Source: Candidatus Spongiisociaceae bacterium (GTDB lineage: Bacteria; Actinomycetota; Acidimicrobiia; Spongiisociales; Spongiisociaceae). Taken from it: 64,000 nt of DNA. The notes under the pieces were generated by a model. That model was not told the DNA's origin and ran no database searches. It saw nothing but the letters and a program-made list of their open reading frames with translations. Shown piece after piece: positions 1 to 9,550 of the stretch. The stretch lies in NCBI GenBank assembly GCA_965219685.1, contig CBDCOH010000002.1, forward strand, positions 1,568,001 to 1,632,000, in the 5' to 3' direction. Every line of letters begins with the position of its first letter. Position 1 is the stretch's first letter. The translations under genes and the position numbers were made by a program.

Positions 1-1041
1 ACCCACGAGTTGGCGTGCGGCGTCTACAGCGCACCAGCCGCCAATCCGTGGGACACAGACTGTCTCCCCGGGGGCTCCAGCGGGGGTTCGGGCGCCGCGG
101 TGGCGGCCGGCGCGGTCCCTATGGCGCTCGGAAGCGACACCGGTGGCTCGATCAGGATCCCGGCGTCGGTGTGCGGCGTTACCGGCCTCAAGCCCACCTT
201 CGGGCGGGTCTCGCGGGCGGGGGTCGCATCGCTGGCCTGGTCGCTGGACCATCTGGGTCCCCTCGCCGCCACGGTGTCCGACTGCGCCGAAAGCCTCCAG
301 GCCATGGCCGGCTTCGACCCCGCCGACCCCGCGACGAGCCGCCTCCCGGTTCCGGACTTCTCGGCCCGGCTCGGCCGCGGCGTGGAGGGACTGAGGATCG
401 GTGTGCTGGCGCACGCGCCGTTCGCGCCTCTGCAGGATGCCGTAGCCGAAGCGTTCGGCGACGCGGTCGAGGTGCTCCGGTCACTGGGCGCCGAACTCGC
501 GCCCATCCGCATACCGGAACTGGACCGCACCCTTGCGACTGAGTTCGCCATCGTCGGGCCGGAGGCCGCCGCGTATCACCGGCGGCTGCTCCGCGACCGC
601 CCCGAGGCGATCTCGCGGGGGATCCGACAACTGTTCACCATCGGGACGCTGGTCCCCTCGTCCTACTACCTGGCGGGCCTGCAGGCGCGCTCGGTGATCC
701 GCGACGCTCTGCGCGCTGCCTTCGAAGACCACAACCTCGATGCCGTGGTCACCCCGACCCTGCCTGCCACCGCCGCGCCGGCCGGCGACCAGCGGCTCGA
801 GTGCGGAGGCGTCATGGAAGATGTGACCGCGGCCTACGTGAGAACGACCGCTCCGTTCAACCTGTCCGGCCAGCCCGCGCTGAGCGTGCCGTGCGGGTTC
901 GACGACAAGGGACTTCCGGCCGGTCTCCAGATCGCAGGACGTCCCTTCGACGAGGCGACCGTACTCCAGATCGGCGCCGCATACGAGTCGGCCACCGACT
1001 GGACCTCCAGGAGACCCCCGGTATACGTGGATGCCGGATGA
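1..1041 (+). CDS. Amidase-signature family protein (GatA-like), 5'-truncated by the window edge
   Basis: Frame is open from base 1 (THELACG...). Amidase signature PGGSSGGS...GSDTGGSIRIPAS...GLKPTFGRV; C-terminal PFNLSGQPALSVP and GLPAGLQI. Confidence 0.92.
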   Translation, partial: THELACGVYSAPAANPWDTDCLPGGSSGGSGAAVAAGAVPMALGSDTGGSIRIPASVCGVTGLKPTFGRVSRAGVASLAWSLDHLGPLAATVSDCAESLQAMAGFDPADPATSRLPVPDFSARLGRGVEGLRIGVLAHAPFAPLQDAVAEAFGDAVEVLRSLGAELAPIRIPELDRTLATEFAIVGPEAAAYHRRLLRDRPEAISRGIRQLFTIGTLVPSSYYLAGLQARSVIRDALRAAFEDHNLDAVVTPTLPATAAPAGDQRLECGGVMEDVTAAYVRTTAPFNLSGQPALSVPCGFDDKGLPAGLQIAGRPFDEATVLQIGAAYESATDWTSRRPPVYVDAG

Positions 1042-2093
1042 CCGGCAACCCGGCGCCTGACACCCGACAACCGACGCTCGACATGCGGGTGCTGGTATTC
1101 GACGGCCCGCATCGCTTCCACGTGGAGAGACGACCCAAGCCGAACCCCGGCGCCGGAGAGGTGCGCATCCGGATGGCTTACGTCGGCATCTGCGGCTCCG
1201 ACCTCCATGGTTACACCGGCGAGTCGGGGCGCAGGTTGCCGGGAATGATCATGGGACACGAAGCCAGCGGATGGATCGAAGCGGTCGGTCCGGGGGTGAC
1301 CGATCTGGAGGTCGGCATCCCGGTCACATTCAACCCGAGCCTGCCCTGCGAAGGATCGTGCGGGCACGGGCCGGAGAACCACTGCGCCGTGCTGCGCGTC
1401 ATCGGGGTCACCCCGGATATACAAGGCGCGTTCGCCGACGCGATGGTCATCCCAGCCGGCCGGGTCGTACCACTCGGGGGTCTGAGCCTCCTCTGGGGCG
1501 CAGGCGTGGAACCGATGGCGGTGGCGCTGCAGGCCACGCGGAGGGCCGGGGTCCGCCCCGGACAGTCCGTCCTGATCGTCGGTGGAGGGATGATCGGCCA
1601 GTCGATCGCCCAGACCTGCCGCCTGGAGGGCGCAACGCGCATAGCGGTGTCGGACCCGATCGCCGAACGGCGCGCCCTGACCGCGTCGGCAGGGTTCGAA
1701 GCGCTGCGCCCCGACGAGGTGGAAGCAGCCGGTCCCTTCGAGGTCTCCTTCGACGCGGTCGGCATTTCGGCGACAGCCTTCGCCGCTATCCGCAGCGTGC
1801 CGAAGGCGGGGGTCGCCTGCTTCGTGGGCCTCGGGCTTCCCGAGGTGGAGATCCCCCTCTTCGACGTCGTGGTCGCCGAGCGGGTGATCGTAGGAAGCTT
1901 CTGCTATCCCGACGAGGTATTCCGGGAGGCCGCGGTTCATCTGGCTACGGGAGGGCTGGACCTCGAACCGTTGATCGGCAGCGTGGAGAGCTTCGAGGAC
2001 ATCGCCGCCGCGTTCGAGGACCTGGCCACCCAGGGGCGTACGGACGTAAAGATCATGATGTCCACCGGCGCCGCCCCACCGACGCCGCCATGA
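1038..2093 (+). CDS. Zn-dependent alcohol/polyol dehydrogenase (MDR family)
   Basis: GICGSDLH, MGHEASG, Rossmann GGGMIG. ATGA overlap with the amidase stop. Confidence 0.9.
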   Translation: MTGNPAPDTRQPTLDMRVLVFDGPHRFHVERRPKPNPGAGEVRIRMAYVGICGSDLHGYTGESGRRLPGMIMGHEASGWIEAVGPGVTDLEVGIPVTFNPSLPCEGSCGHGPENHCAVLRVIGVTPDIQGAFADAMVIPAGRVVPLGGLSLLWGAGVEPMAVALQATRRAGVRPGQSVLIVGGGMIGQSIAQTCRLEGATRIAVSDPIAERRALTASAGFEALRPDEVEAAGPFEVSFDAVGISATAFAAIRSVPKAGVACFVGLGLPEVEIPLFDVVVAERVIVGSFCYPDEVFREAAVHLATGGLDLEPLIGSVESFEDIAAAFEDLATQGRTDVKIMMSTGAAPPTPP

Positions 2094-2334
2094 ACCGTAT
2101 CTGCACCCTCCCTTGGATGGCTGGTCCAAGGCGTTCTCCCTTCATGGCGGAGAGTTCGACGAATAGTTCTCCGTTATTACAGGAGAAGTCGGTGGAACAC
2201 CAGGCGGATACCACGAACGCTTGGTGATCGACGAGACGCTTGGACGTTTCGAGCCGAGAGTCACGGCCGGGGCCGCGAAGTACTGTCACTATTGTTGTCC
2301 GGCCCAATAGCCACCCAACCACCAGGAGCTGACC

Positions 2335-3153
2335 ATGCCGTTCGCATCGCTGCCCACCGGCATCGACATGTACTACGAGATCGAAGGTTCCGGCGATCCG
2401 CTGCTCCTGATCATGGGTACGGCAGCCGATCACTCCACCTGGGCCGGACAGGTGGCGGCGTACCGCGACCACTACACCGTGATCACATACGATGCCCGCG
2501 GCACCGGGCAGTCGACCCGACCCCCCGATCCGCGGAGCTACTCGATGGCGATCCTCGGGGACGACGCGGCCGCTCTGCTCGATCACGTGGGTGTGGACCG
2601 GGCCCACGTATCCGGCCTCTCCCTCGGGAGCGCCACAGCCCAGGAGTTGACCATCAACCATCCCGCCAAGGTGGCCTCGGTCCAACTCCACTGCACTTGG
2701 GGCCGCTCGGACGAGTGGTTCATAAGGATGATCGACACCAACGAGCTGCCGGTGCTCCACGGTGACTACGCCATGTACATCCGCACCGCGCTGCTCTGGG
2801 TGGCGAGCCCGCAATTCATCAACGAGCGACCGGACGAAGTGGAAACGTTCGAGCGGGGATTCATCTTCGAGAACCCCTATCCCCCCAGCAAGGAAGGGAT
2901 GATGGGGCACTTCCACGCCGACCGGACCCATGACGCCCTAGACCGTCTCCACCGCGTCTCGGTTCCCACCTTGATCACATCCGGAGAGGTCGACTGGCAG
3001 GTGCCCACCCGCTACGGACTCGAGGTGCAGGAGCGCATACCCGGCTCGACCATGCATGTGTTCAGGGGCCCGGCGTCCAGCCACATCGCCTTCTACGAGA
3101 TGATGGACGAGTGGAACGCATTCACCCTGGGTTGGATGCAGCGCCTGGGCTAG
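2335..3153 (+). CDS. Alpha/beta-fold hydrolase
   Basis: YYEIEGSGDPLLLIMG, YDARGTGQS, nucleophile elbow GLSLG, C-terminal His (SSH). AGGAG RBS upstream. Confidence 0.9.
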   Translation: MPFASLPTGIDMYYEIEGSGDPLLLIMGTAADHSTWAGQVAAYRDHYTVITYDARGTGQSTRPPDPRSYSMAILGDDAAALLDHVGVDRAHVSGLSLGSATAQELTINHPAKVASVQLHCTWGRSDEWFIRMIDTNELPVLHGDYAMYIRTALLWVASPQFINERPDEVETFERGFIFENPYPPSKEGMMGHFHADRTHDALDRLHRVSVPTLITSGEVDWQVPTRYGLEVQERIPGSTMHVFRGPASSHIAFYEMMDEWNAFTLGWMQRLG

Positions 3154-3215
3154 TGGATGGTGATTAGTGGCTTGTGGTCAGTGGTCCATGGTCAGCCAGC
3201 CACCAGCCACTAGCC
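3148..3215. repeat. Imperfect palindrome of degenerate heptamers between convergent genes
   Basis: TAGTGGA TGGTGAT TAGTGGC TTGTGGT CAGTGGT CCATGGT CAGCCAG CCACCAG CCACTAG. The outer 9-bp inverted repeat GGCTAGTGG/CCACTAGCC contains both TAG stops. Confidence 0.65.
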
Positions 3216-3755
3216 GCCGTGGGCCTGCTCGTAGGTCGCGCCGCCGGTGCCTTCGACCCAGTAGCGGCGGGCCCATCCGACGCCCTGCCAGCTCGTGATC
3301 TCCGTGGGAACGATCTTGATGAGCCAGCGTGGTTGGTTGATCGTGCCGGTCAGGTACTCGGGACCGTTCGGTCCGAGGTACCGGTAGGACATCTCCTCGG
3401 CGACCTGAACCCACATACCACCCACGTTGGGCTCCTCGACGATCTCGGCGTTGCCCTGCATGATGACCTTGGGGATCTCCATGCTGCGGCCCGACTCGTC
3501 GGGCTCGCTGTGCGGAGCATCGACGACCAGCGAGACCCGCGGATCGTTCTTCATGTACTCGCACCAGACGGCTCGCTGGCGACCGACCAGCCACATCGCC
3601 CTGCCATCCCACTGGTACCAGAGGGGTATCACGTACGGGGCGCCGTCGGGTGTCAGGCACGCCACCCGGGCCAGATAGTCGCCGTCCAGAAACTGCTCGA
3701 ACTCGTGACCCTCCAAGCCTCCCAGCCTCCCCCGGAAATCCTCAGCCATCGGCAT
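3210..3755 (-). CDS. Pyridoxamine 5'-phosphate oxidase-like (PPOX/FDOR split-barrel) protein
   Basis: [24 protein letters not shown]...[11 protein letters not shown]. Homologous to 26547..27119. Confidence 0.85.
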   Translation of the reverse strand: MPMAEDFRGRLGGLEGHEFEQFLDGDYLARVACLTPDGAPYVIPLWYQWDGRAMWLVGRQRAVWCEYMKNDPRVSLVVDAPHSEPDESGRSMEIPKVIMQGNAEIVEEPNVGGMWVQVAEEMSYRYLGPNGPEYLTGTINQPRWLIKIVPTEITSWQGVGWARRYWVEGTGGATYEQAHGG

Positions 3756-3900
3756 GCCTTTCTGTTCGCCGGTAAGCGCCCGCCCTTGCCGGCGCGTGAT
3801 CGCAACATACTATCCGCCGAACCGGGGCCCGGCTCCGGATCGAGCGCCGCCCGCCTTCCCCGACAATAGGAATGGGTGACAACCCGAGCGGGAGGCAGCG

Positions 3901-3906
3901 TAGAAT
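3901..3906 (+). promoter_or_regulatory. Putative -10 element (TAGAAT) for the 3948 operon
   Basis: TAGAAT in the divergent intergenic region, about 40 bp upstream of the GTG start. Confidence 0.35.
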
Positions 3907-3947
3907 GACCGCCGTATGCGAGCCGCCGAGCCCCGAGACACTCCAGC

Positions 3948-4976
3948 GTGACCATCGACGCCGCCGCCCTCTCCGTCCGTGATCTGGTGAAGACCTTCAC
4001 CGTCGGCGGGGGCGTCTTCGGGGGCGAGAAGGGCGAGGTATCGGCGGTGGCGGGCCTGTCCTTCGACATCCGATCCGGAAGCACCCTCGGTCTGGTCGGT
4101 GAGTCGGGCTGCGGGAAGTCGACCACCGCCCGGAGCATCCTCCGCCTGATCGAACCGACCTCCGGGGAGGTGGTGCTCCGGCGCCCGCTCGAAGGGGGCG
4201 GCTCCGAGCAGATCGATGTCATCGCCGCCGACCGCAAGCAACTGCGGGAACTCCGGCGTCACATGCAGATCGTCTTCCAGGACCCGTTCGCCTCGCTCAA
4301 CCCGCGCATGTCGGTGGGCGCCGCCATCGGCGAGCTCCTGCATGTCCATACCGACATGTCGCGGTCCGACCGGGCTGAGCGGGTGGGAGAACTTCTGAGC
4401 CTGGTCGGGATGAATCCCAACGTGGCCGACCGCTACCCCCACGAGTTCTCCGGTGGGCAGCGCCAGCGTATCGGTGTGGCGCGGGCCCTCGCTCTCAACC
4501 CGGGCTTCCTGATCCTCGACGAACCCGTCTCGGCTCTCGACGTGTCGATCCAGGCCCAGGTTCTGAACCTGCTGGAGGAACTGCAGAATCGGCTCGGCCT
4601 CACCTACCTGTTCATCGCCCACGACCTGGCCGTCGTCCGTCACATATGCGACGACACGGCGGTCATGTACCTGGGGAAGATCGTCGAGCAGGCCGGCACC
4701 GACGAGTTGTTCGCACGCCCGATGCATCCCTACACCCATGCCCTGCTGTCCGCGGTCCCCACGCCCAATCCCAGGATCCAGCGGCAGCGGTCCCGCATAT
4801 TGCTGGAGGGAGACGTCCCCAGCCCTCTGAATCCCCCCTCGGGATGCCGCTTCCACACCCGTTGCCCCATCGGGAGGGACAAGGAGATATGCCGGACCGA
4901 GGAACCGGCCCTCCAGGAGCAGGCTCCGGGTCACCGGGTGGCATGCCACTTCGCCGAAGTGAAGTCGATCATCTGA
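3948..4976 (+). CDS. Peptide/nickel ABC transporter ATP-binding protein (OppF/DppF type)
   Basis: [34 protein letters not shown]-terminal [12 protein letters not shown]...VACH. Confidence 0.95.
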   Translation: MTIDAAALSVRDLVKTFTVGGGVFGGEKGEVSAVAGLSFDIRSGSTLGLVGESGCGKSTTARSILRLIEPTSGEVVLRRPLEGGGSEQIDVIAADRKQLRELRRHMQIVFQDPFASLNPRMSVGAAIGELLHVHTDMSRSDRAERVGELLSLVGMNPNVADRYPHEFSGGQRQRIGVARALALNPGFLILDEPVSALDVSIQAQVLNLLEELQNRLGLTYLFIAHDLAVVRHICDDTAVMYLGKIVEQAGTDELFARPMHPYTHALLSAVPTPNPRIQRQRSRILLEGDVPSPLNPPSGCRFHTRCPIGRDKEICRTEEPALQEQAPGHRVACHFAEVKSII

Positions 4977-4988
4977 GAGTCTGCCGGC

Positions 4989-5777
4989 GTGGGCTTCGTC
5001 GACATCCGGGACGGCAATCCACTCAAGACCACCCTCTCCGGGGGCGGAGTAGCCGTAGGCATGTTCCTCCGGCTGCCGGGCATGGAACTGGCCGAACTCT
5101 GCGCGCACGCCGGCTGCGACTTCGTGCTGATCGACATGGAGCACAGCACCATCACCTGGGAACAGGCGGGCGCCATGGCACTGGCGGCCGAGTCGGCCGG
5201 AACCGTTCCGGTCCTGCGGCTGTCCAACCCGGCGCGGGACTCGATCACGAGGGCGCTCGATGTCGGGACACATGGCGTAATGGTGGCCCAGGTGGAGACG
5301 CCGGCCACCGCCCGGGCAGTCGTGGCGGCAACCCGGTACGGGTCGGGAGGCACGCGAGGGACGGCCGGTAGTCGCCGCAGTGGATTCGGCCTGCGGATAC
5401 CTCTGGGGGAATTCACCGAGGCGGCCAACCGGGCGACGTTCGTCTCGGTCCAGGTCGAGTCGGTAGAGGCCGTGCGGAACGTGGGATCGATCGCCGCGGT
5501 TCCCGGAGTCGACTGCATACTGGCCGGGCTGTCGGACCTCACCGTCGACCTGGGGGTCCCGGGCGAGTGGGACCACCCGTCGGTCGTCTCGTGCGCAATG
5601 GAGATCCAAGCCGCCTGCGACGCGAACGGGATCGCCTTCGGCGTGCCTGCACCCGATCCCGGCTTCGCCGCCAGGTACATCGCCCGGGGCGCCCGCCTGA
5701 TCGCCGCCGGTGATGTCGGGGTGTTCGGGCGGGCGATGCGCGCCTTCGTGGAAGGGGTGAAGCGATCCGGCGAGTGA
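4989..5777 (+). CDS. HpcH/HpaI class II pyruvate aldolase family
   Basis: DFVLIDMEHS, RALDVG, QVES, GLSDL motifs. Confidence 0.88.
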   Translation: MGFVDIRDGNPLKTTLSGGGVAVGMFLRLPGMELAELCAHAGCDFVLIDMEHSTITWEQAGAMALAAESAGTVPVLRLSNPARDSITRALDVGTHGVMVAQVETPATARAVVAATRYGSGGTRGTAGSRRSGFGLRIPLGEFTEAANRATFVSVQVESVEAVRNVGSIAAVPGVDCILAGLSDLTVDLGVPGEWDHPSVVSCAMEIQAACDANGIAFGVPAPDPGFAARYIARGARLIAAGDVGVFGRAMRAFVEGVKRSGE

Positions 5778-6691
5778 CGCGGGACATGACCCGTTTCGAG
5801 TTCGACGCTTCCGCCGAACCGGCGATCACCGTCGCGCCCGGGGAGTCGATCGTGGTCGAGACCCAGGACGCCCACAGCGGGACGATCACCGGCCCGGAAG
5901 TCGTCTACGAGACCCTCGACGACGTCATGGAGAGGATCGGCGGGGCCAACCCCGTCACCGGTCCGATATACGTCGAGGGCATCGCGCCGGGAGACTGCGT
6001 GGAAGTCCATATCGAACGTGTCCACGGAGCCCCTGTGACCGGCTTCGGGTACATGAACACCACGCCAACCCTGCACTCGTCGCTCGAAGCGGAGACGGTC
6101 ATCTGCCATCGTCGCGACGACTGCGTGGCCATACCCACACGTAGGGGTCCTGTCATGGTCCCCTACCGACCTTTCGTCGGCACCATCGGCGTAGCACCCG
6201 CAGGCGCCCCGGTCCTGTCCTTCCGGCAGGGCAGGGAGTTCCTCGGCAACGTCGACCTGCCCGAGGTCGCCGCCGGGTCGGTGGTGGTCATGAGAGCGGC
6301 CGTCGACGGGGCCCTCGTCTCGCTGGGCGACGCTCACCTGGTCCAAGGCGACGCCGAGATCCACCGCTCCGCCGTCGAGTGCCAGGCCGATGTGGTACTG
6401 CGCATACAGAGACGGGAAGGCGCCGAGGTGGGCTTCTCAGGTCTACCACAGGTCAACACGCCCAGCGCGTGGGGAAGTGTGGCCCCCGGTCCCGGCCACC
6501 TGGAGGATCTCGTCAGGGCCGCCTACGACGACCTCGCGCTCCGCATGCGGCACTCGCGGCGGTTCACCCTGGCGGAGGCCTACCGCCTGCTCGGCGCAGT
6601 GGGTACCGTAAGGGTGGGCCAGGTGGTACCCCCTGTGTACTCGGCCCTGGCCGCCATCGAGCGACGCTACGTAGGAGGTCCTGAGCAATGA
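5774..6691 (+). CDS. Acetamidase/formamidase family protein
   Basis: PGESIVVETQD, NPVTGPIYVEG, GNVD, GDAHLVQGDAE. GTGA overlap with the upstream gene. Confidence 0.9.
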   Translation: MTRDMTRFEFDASAEPAITVAPGESIVVETQDAHSGTITGPEVVYETLDDVMERIGGANPVTGPIYVEGIAPGDCVEVHIERVHGAPVTGFGYMNTTPTLHSSLEAETVICHRRDDCVAIPTRRGPVMVPYRPFVGTIGVAPAGAPVLSFRQGREFLGNVDLPEVAAGSVVVMRAAVDGALVSLGDAHLVQGDAEIHRSAVECQADVVLRIQRREGAEVGFSGLPQVNTPSAWGSVAPGPGHLEDLVRAAYDDLALRMRHSRRFTLAEAYRLLGAVGTVRVGQVVPPVYSALAAIERRYVGGPEQ

Positions 6692-6795
6692 CGACTGCTA
6701 TGACCCGTCTGCCGCGGATCACGATTCCTGGCGTGGACCGACGGGACGCCTGTGGATTGCTCGGCACCCTCCTCGAGGAGGACCGCACATGGTGA
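6688..6795 (+). CDS. Small 35-aa ORF (MTTAMTRLPRITIPGVDRRDACGLLGTLLEEDRTW): small protein or deletion remnant
   Basis: AGGAGG at 6673-6678. ATGA overlap with the acetamidase stop; its own stop lies just inside the start of the aminotransferase. Fills the intergenic gap exactly. Confidence 0.45.
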   Translation: MTTAMTRLPRITIPGVDRRDACGLLGTLLEEDRTW

Positions 6796-7955
6796 GGCCG
6801 TCGCGCGCAGTCGAGTCATTGCCCCGCTCCGGGATCCGCGAGATCATGGAACTGGCCTGGACGGTGGACGACCCCATCCACCTCGAAGTGGGCGAACCGA
6901 ACTTCCCGACCCCGGACCACATCGTGGAGGCGGCCCACCAGGCTGCGGTCGACGGCTTCACCCGCTACACCCCCAATGCCGGGATTCCGGAGTTGAGGGA
7001 GGTCCTGGCCACGAAGGTCCGGGAACGCAACGGTATCGACGCCTCCGCCGAACGGATCGTGGTCACACCGGGCGCAGTGGTCGGGGTCTACAGCGTCATC
7101 GCCGCGGTTGCCGACCCCGGGAGCGAGCTGCTCGTAAGCGACCCGTGCTGGCCCAACTACCTGCTGATGACCGAACTGTTGGGGATTCGGTCGGTCCGGT
7201 TCCCGCTCGCGGCCGAGGACGGCTTCGTGCCCAACGCGGCCCGGATCGAGCCACACATCACCGATCGCACCAGGGCCATCCTCCTCAACTCGCCCGGGAA
7301 CCCCACGGGCGCCACCACCGACCGGGAATCCCTGCGAGAGATCATCGAACTGGCCAGGGCATACGACCTCTGGGTGCTGTCGGACGAGGTGTACGACGAG
7401 ATCTGGTTCGACGAACCGTTCGTGTCCGCCGGACCCCTCGATCCCGACGGGCGGGTGATCACCTTCTTCAGCTTCTCGAAGACGTACGCCATGACAGGTT
7501 GGCGGGTCGGCTACCTGGTCTCCCCGCCGGGCCTGACCGAAAGCGTGATCAAGGCCCAGGAACCGATAACGTCCTGCGTCAACGCCCCGGCTCAGAAGGC
7601 CGCGGTCGCAGCCATCACAGGCCCCCAGGAGATAGTCGCCGAGATGCGCAAGGCCTACCACGAGCGGCGTGACGCGGTGGTGGACCTCCTGAAGCAGCAG
7701 GGCATCCCCTACGTGCGTCCCACGGGCGCGTTCTACCTGATGGCCGACGTGAGCGGCAGCGGCCTGACCGACTTGGAGTTCTCCCGCCGACTTGTCCTCG
7801 AACGCGGGGTCGCGGTGGTACCCGGAACCACCTTCGGTCCGGACAGCGGCGCCTACGTACGGATCTCCCTCGCCACCGCCGCCGACCCCCTCCTCGACGG
7901 CGTGAGCCGCCTGGCCGACGCCGTGAAGACCTGGGGAGCTGAGGTCAGAAGCTGA
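6789..7955 (+). CDS. PLP-dependent aminotransferase class I/II
   Basis: LEVGEPNF, NSPGNPTG, SDEVY, SFSKTYAMTGWRVG, YVRIS. Confidence 0.95.
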   Translation: MVRPSRAVESLPRSGIREIMELAWTVDDPIHLEVGEPNFPTPDHIVEAAHQAAVDGFTRYTPNAGIPELREVLATKVRERNGIDASAERIVVTPGAVVGVYSVIAAVADPGSELLVSDPCWPNYLLMTELLGIRSVRFPLAAEDGFVPNAARIEPHITDRTRAILLNSPGNPTGATTDRESLREIIELARAYDLWVLSDEVYDEIWFDEPFVSAGPLDPDGRVITFFSFSKTYAMTGWRVGYLVSPPGLTESVIKAQEPITSCVNAPAQKAAVAAITGPQEIVAEMRKAYHERRDAVVDLLKQQGIPYVRPTGAFYLMADVSGSGLTDLEFSRRLVLERGVAVVPGTTFGPDSGAYVRISLATAADPLLDGVSRLADAVKTWGAEVRS

Positions 7956-8817
7956 ACAGCGACAGGGCGGTGCCTCCCCGGATGGCCGCTCGTTCTTCGG
8001 GAGTGATGTCCGGGAGGTAGTGGTCCACCAGTGCGAGCACTTCGGCGTGGCCGGGCTCGACCTTGATCCAGGGCCAGTCGGATGCGTTGAGCATCCGGTG
8101 GGCGCCGAATGCCCGGTAGATCCGGTCTACCACCTCCTGCATGTCGGGGTGGGGGTACGGGGTCTGGGTGAAGGCGTACTGGCCCGAGATGTGGACGTAT
8201 AGGTCGTCGGGATGGTCGGCCGCAAGCCTCTCGATCCTCTCCAGCGAGTCGGGCGGAAGGGGAATGTCGAAGCGAGGGCGCAGGTATTCGTCGATCGCCA
8301 ACTCCATCCAGATATCCGGACAGAACCCCAGGTGGTTAAGCACGACCTTCAACCCGGGGAGGAGTTGCATGGCCTCGTCAAGAAGCTCCACCTGGTCGGG
8401 TGACCCGTAGAACCAGACCTTCATGTCGCGGTCGCGCATCGCCTCCAGTACGGGGAACACGTCCATGGACTCCGCCTCCTGCCCCGGCTCCGCCCCGAAG
8501 CCGTACAAGCGGAGTCCCTGGATGCCGGCCTGCTCGGCCCGCCGGGCAACCTGCCCCGCTCCATCCTCGGCCTCCGGGTCGTAGACCCCCACACCGGCGA
8601 ACTTGCCCGGAAAGTCGACCAGGATCTCCGCCAGGTAGTGGTCGTGAGGCGAGAGCGGAACGATCACGGCATGATCCACGCCGGCCGCGTCCATAGCTCC
8701 CAGGAACTCCTCTGCGAGTTCCTCCCGCTCCGCGGGCACCATGCCTTCGAACACGAGGCGTGGGTAGTCCTCGCTGTGGGCTTTGAACAGGTGCAGGTGC
8801 GCGTCCACGACGGCCAT
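7945..8817 (-). CDS. Amidohydrolase_2 family protein (sugar lactonase-like)
   Basis: VDAHLH, VVLNHLG, ASDWP. GGAGG upstream of ATG 8817. Confidence 0.88.
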   Translation of the reverse strand: MAVVDAHLHLFKAHSEDYPRLVFEGMVPAEREELAEEFLGAMDAAGVDHAVIVPLSPHDHYLAEILVDFPGKFAGVGVYDPEAEDGAGQVARRAEQAGIQGLRLYGFGAEPGQEAESMDVFPVLEAMRDRDMKVWFYGSPDQVELLDEAMQLLPGLKVVLNHLGFCPDIWMELAIDEYLRPRFDIPLPPDSLERIERLAADHPDDLYVHISGQYAFTQTPYPHPDMQEVVDRIYRAFGAHRMLNASDWPWIKVEPGHAEVLALVDHYLPDITPEERAAIRGGTALSLFSF

Positions 8818-8818
8818 G

Positions 8819-9550
8819 TCAGGAACCTCCGGTGTGTCGGGTCGTATCTGTTCGAGCATCGGTCTCGCGGTCGGCGGCCTGGCGCTCGGCGCGGAGTGCT
8901 TCGATCTGCTCCGCGTGGTCCGCTATCCACGATAGGTGATGGCCCGTGAGGTAGCGGCGCAGGAACATCACCATGTGTTCGACCATCTGGGGCTGGTCCA
9001 CGAGCAGGGCGGGGCCGGCACGATCCGAGGCAGCCGTCACCTGGAGGTTCTGGCCTCTCATCCTCGGGTAGATGAAGTTCACCTGGTCGGTCACCGCCTC
9101 GTTCAGGGCGCCCCTCAGCACCAGGCGGGTCGCAGGGCGGGTCGTCCGCCAGTCGATCGGCTCCCGTTCCCCTGGTAGGGGGGCCACCATGACCTGGACC
9201 GGCGCCCCGCACTCCGCGTCCATGAACAGGAGCGTATCGGTAACCGAACCGTAGGTCACCAGCGCCACGGGACCGAAGGACGCCTTGACCTCGGCAAGAG
9301 CGAGCATCATGTCCGGCAGCACCCGGCCGGCGTCGCGCCGCCCATCCGACAGGCCGTGGCCCCGCAGTTCGAGACTGATCACCCTGAACCCGTGCTCCGC
9401 CACCCGGGCCGTCACCGGACCCCAAGCGTCCAGGTCGTCGCCCAGGTCGTGCACGAACAGGACCGGCGGTCCGTCCCGGGACCATTCGTGTCCGCGAAGG
9501 ATCAGGCCGTCGCGAAGCCTGACCGCGACGGGAAGCGGCGGTGGCCTCAT
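8819..9550 (-). CDS. Alpha/beta hydrolase-fold protein lacking a recognisable nucleophile elbow
   Basis: LRDGLILRGHEW...VLFVHD, ELRGHGLSDG, but ALVTYGSV where GxSxG is expected. TGATG coupling to the ATPase. Confidence 0.75.
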   Translation of the reverse strand: MRPPPLPVAVRLRDGLILRGHEWSRDGPPVLFVHDLGDDLDAWGPVTARVAEHGFRVISLELRGHGLSDGRRDAGRVLPDMMLALAEVKASFGPVALVTYGSVTDTLLFMDAECGAPVQVMVAPLPGEREPIDWRTTRPATRLVLRGALNEAVTDQVNFIYPRMRGQNLQVTAASDRAGPALLVDQPQMVEHMVMFLRRYLTGHHLSWIADHAEQIEALRAERQAADRETDARTDTTRHTGGS

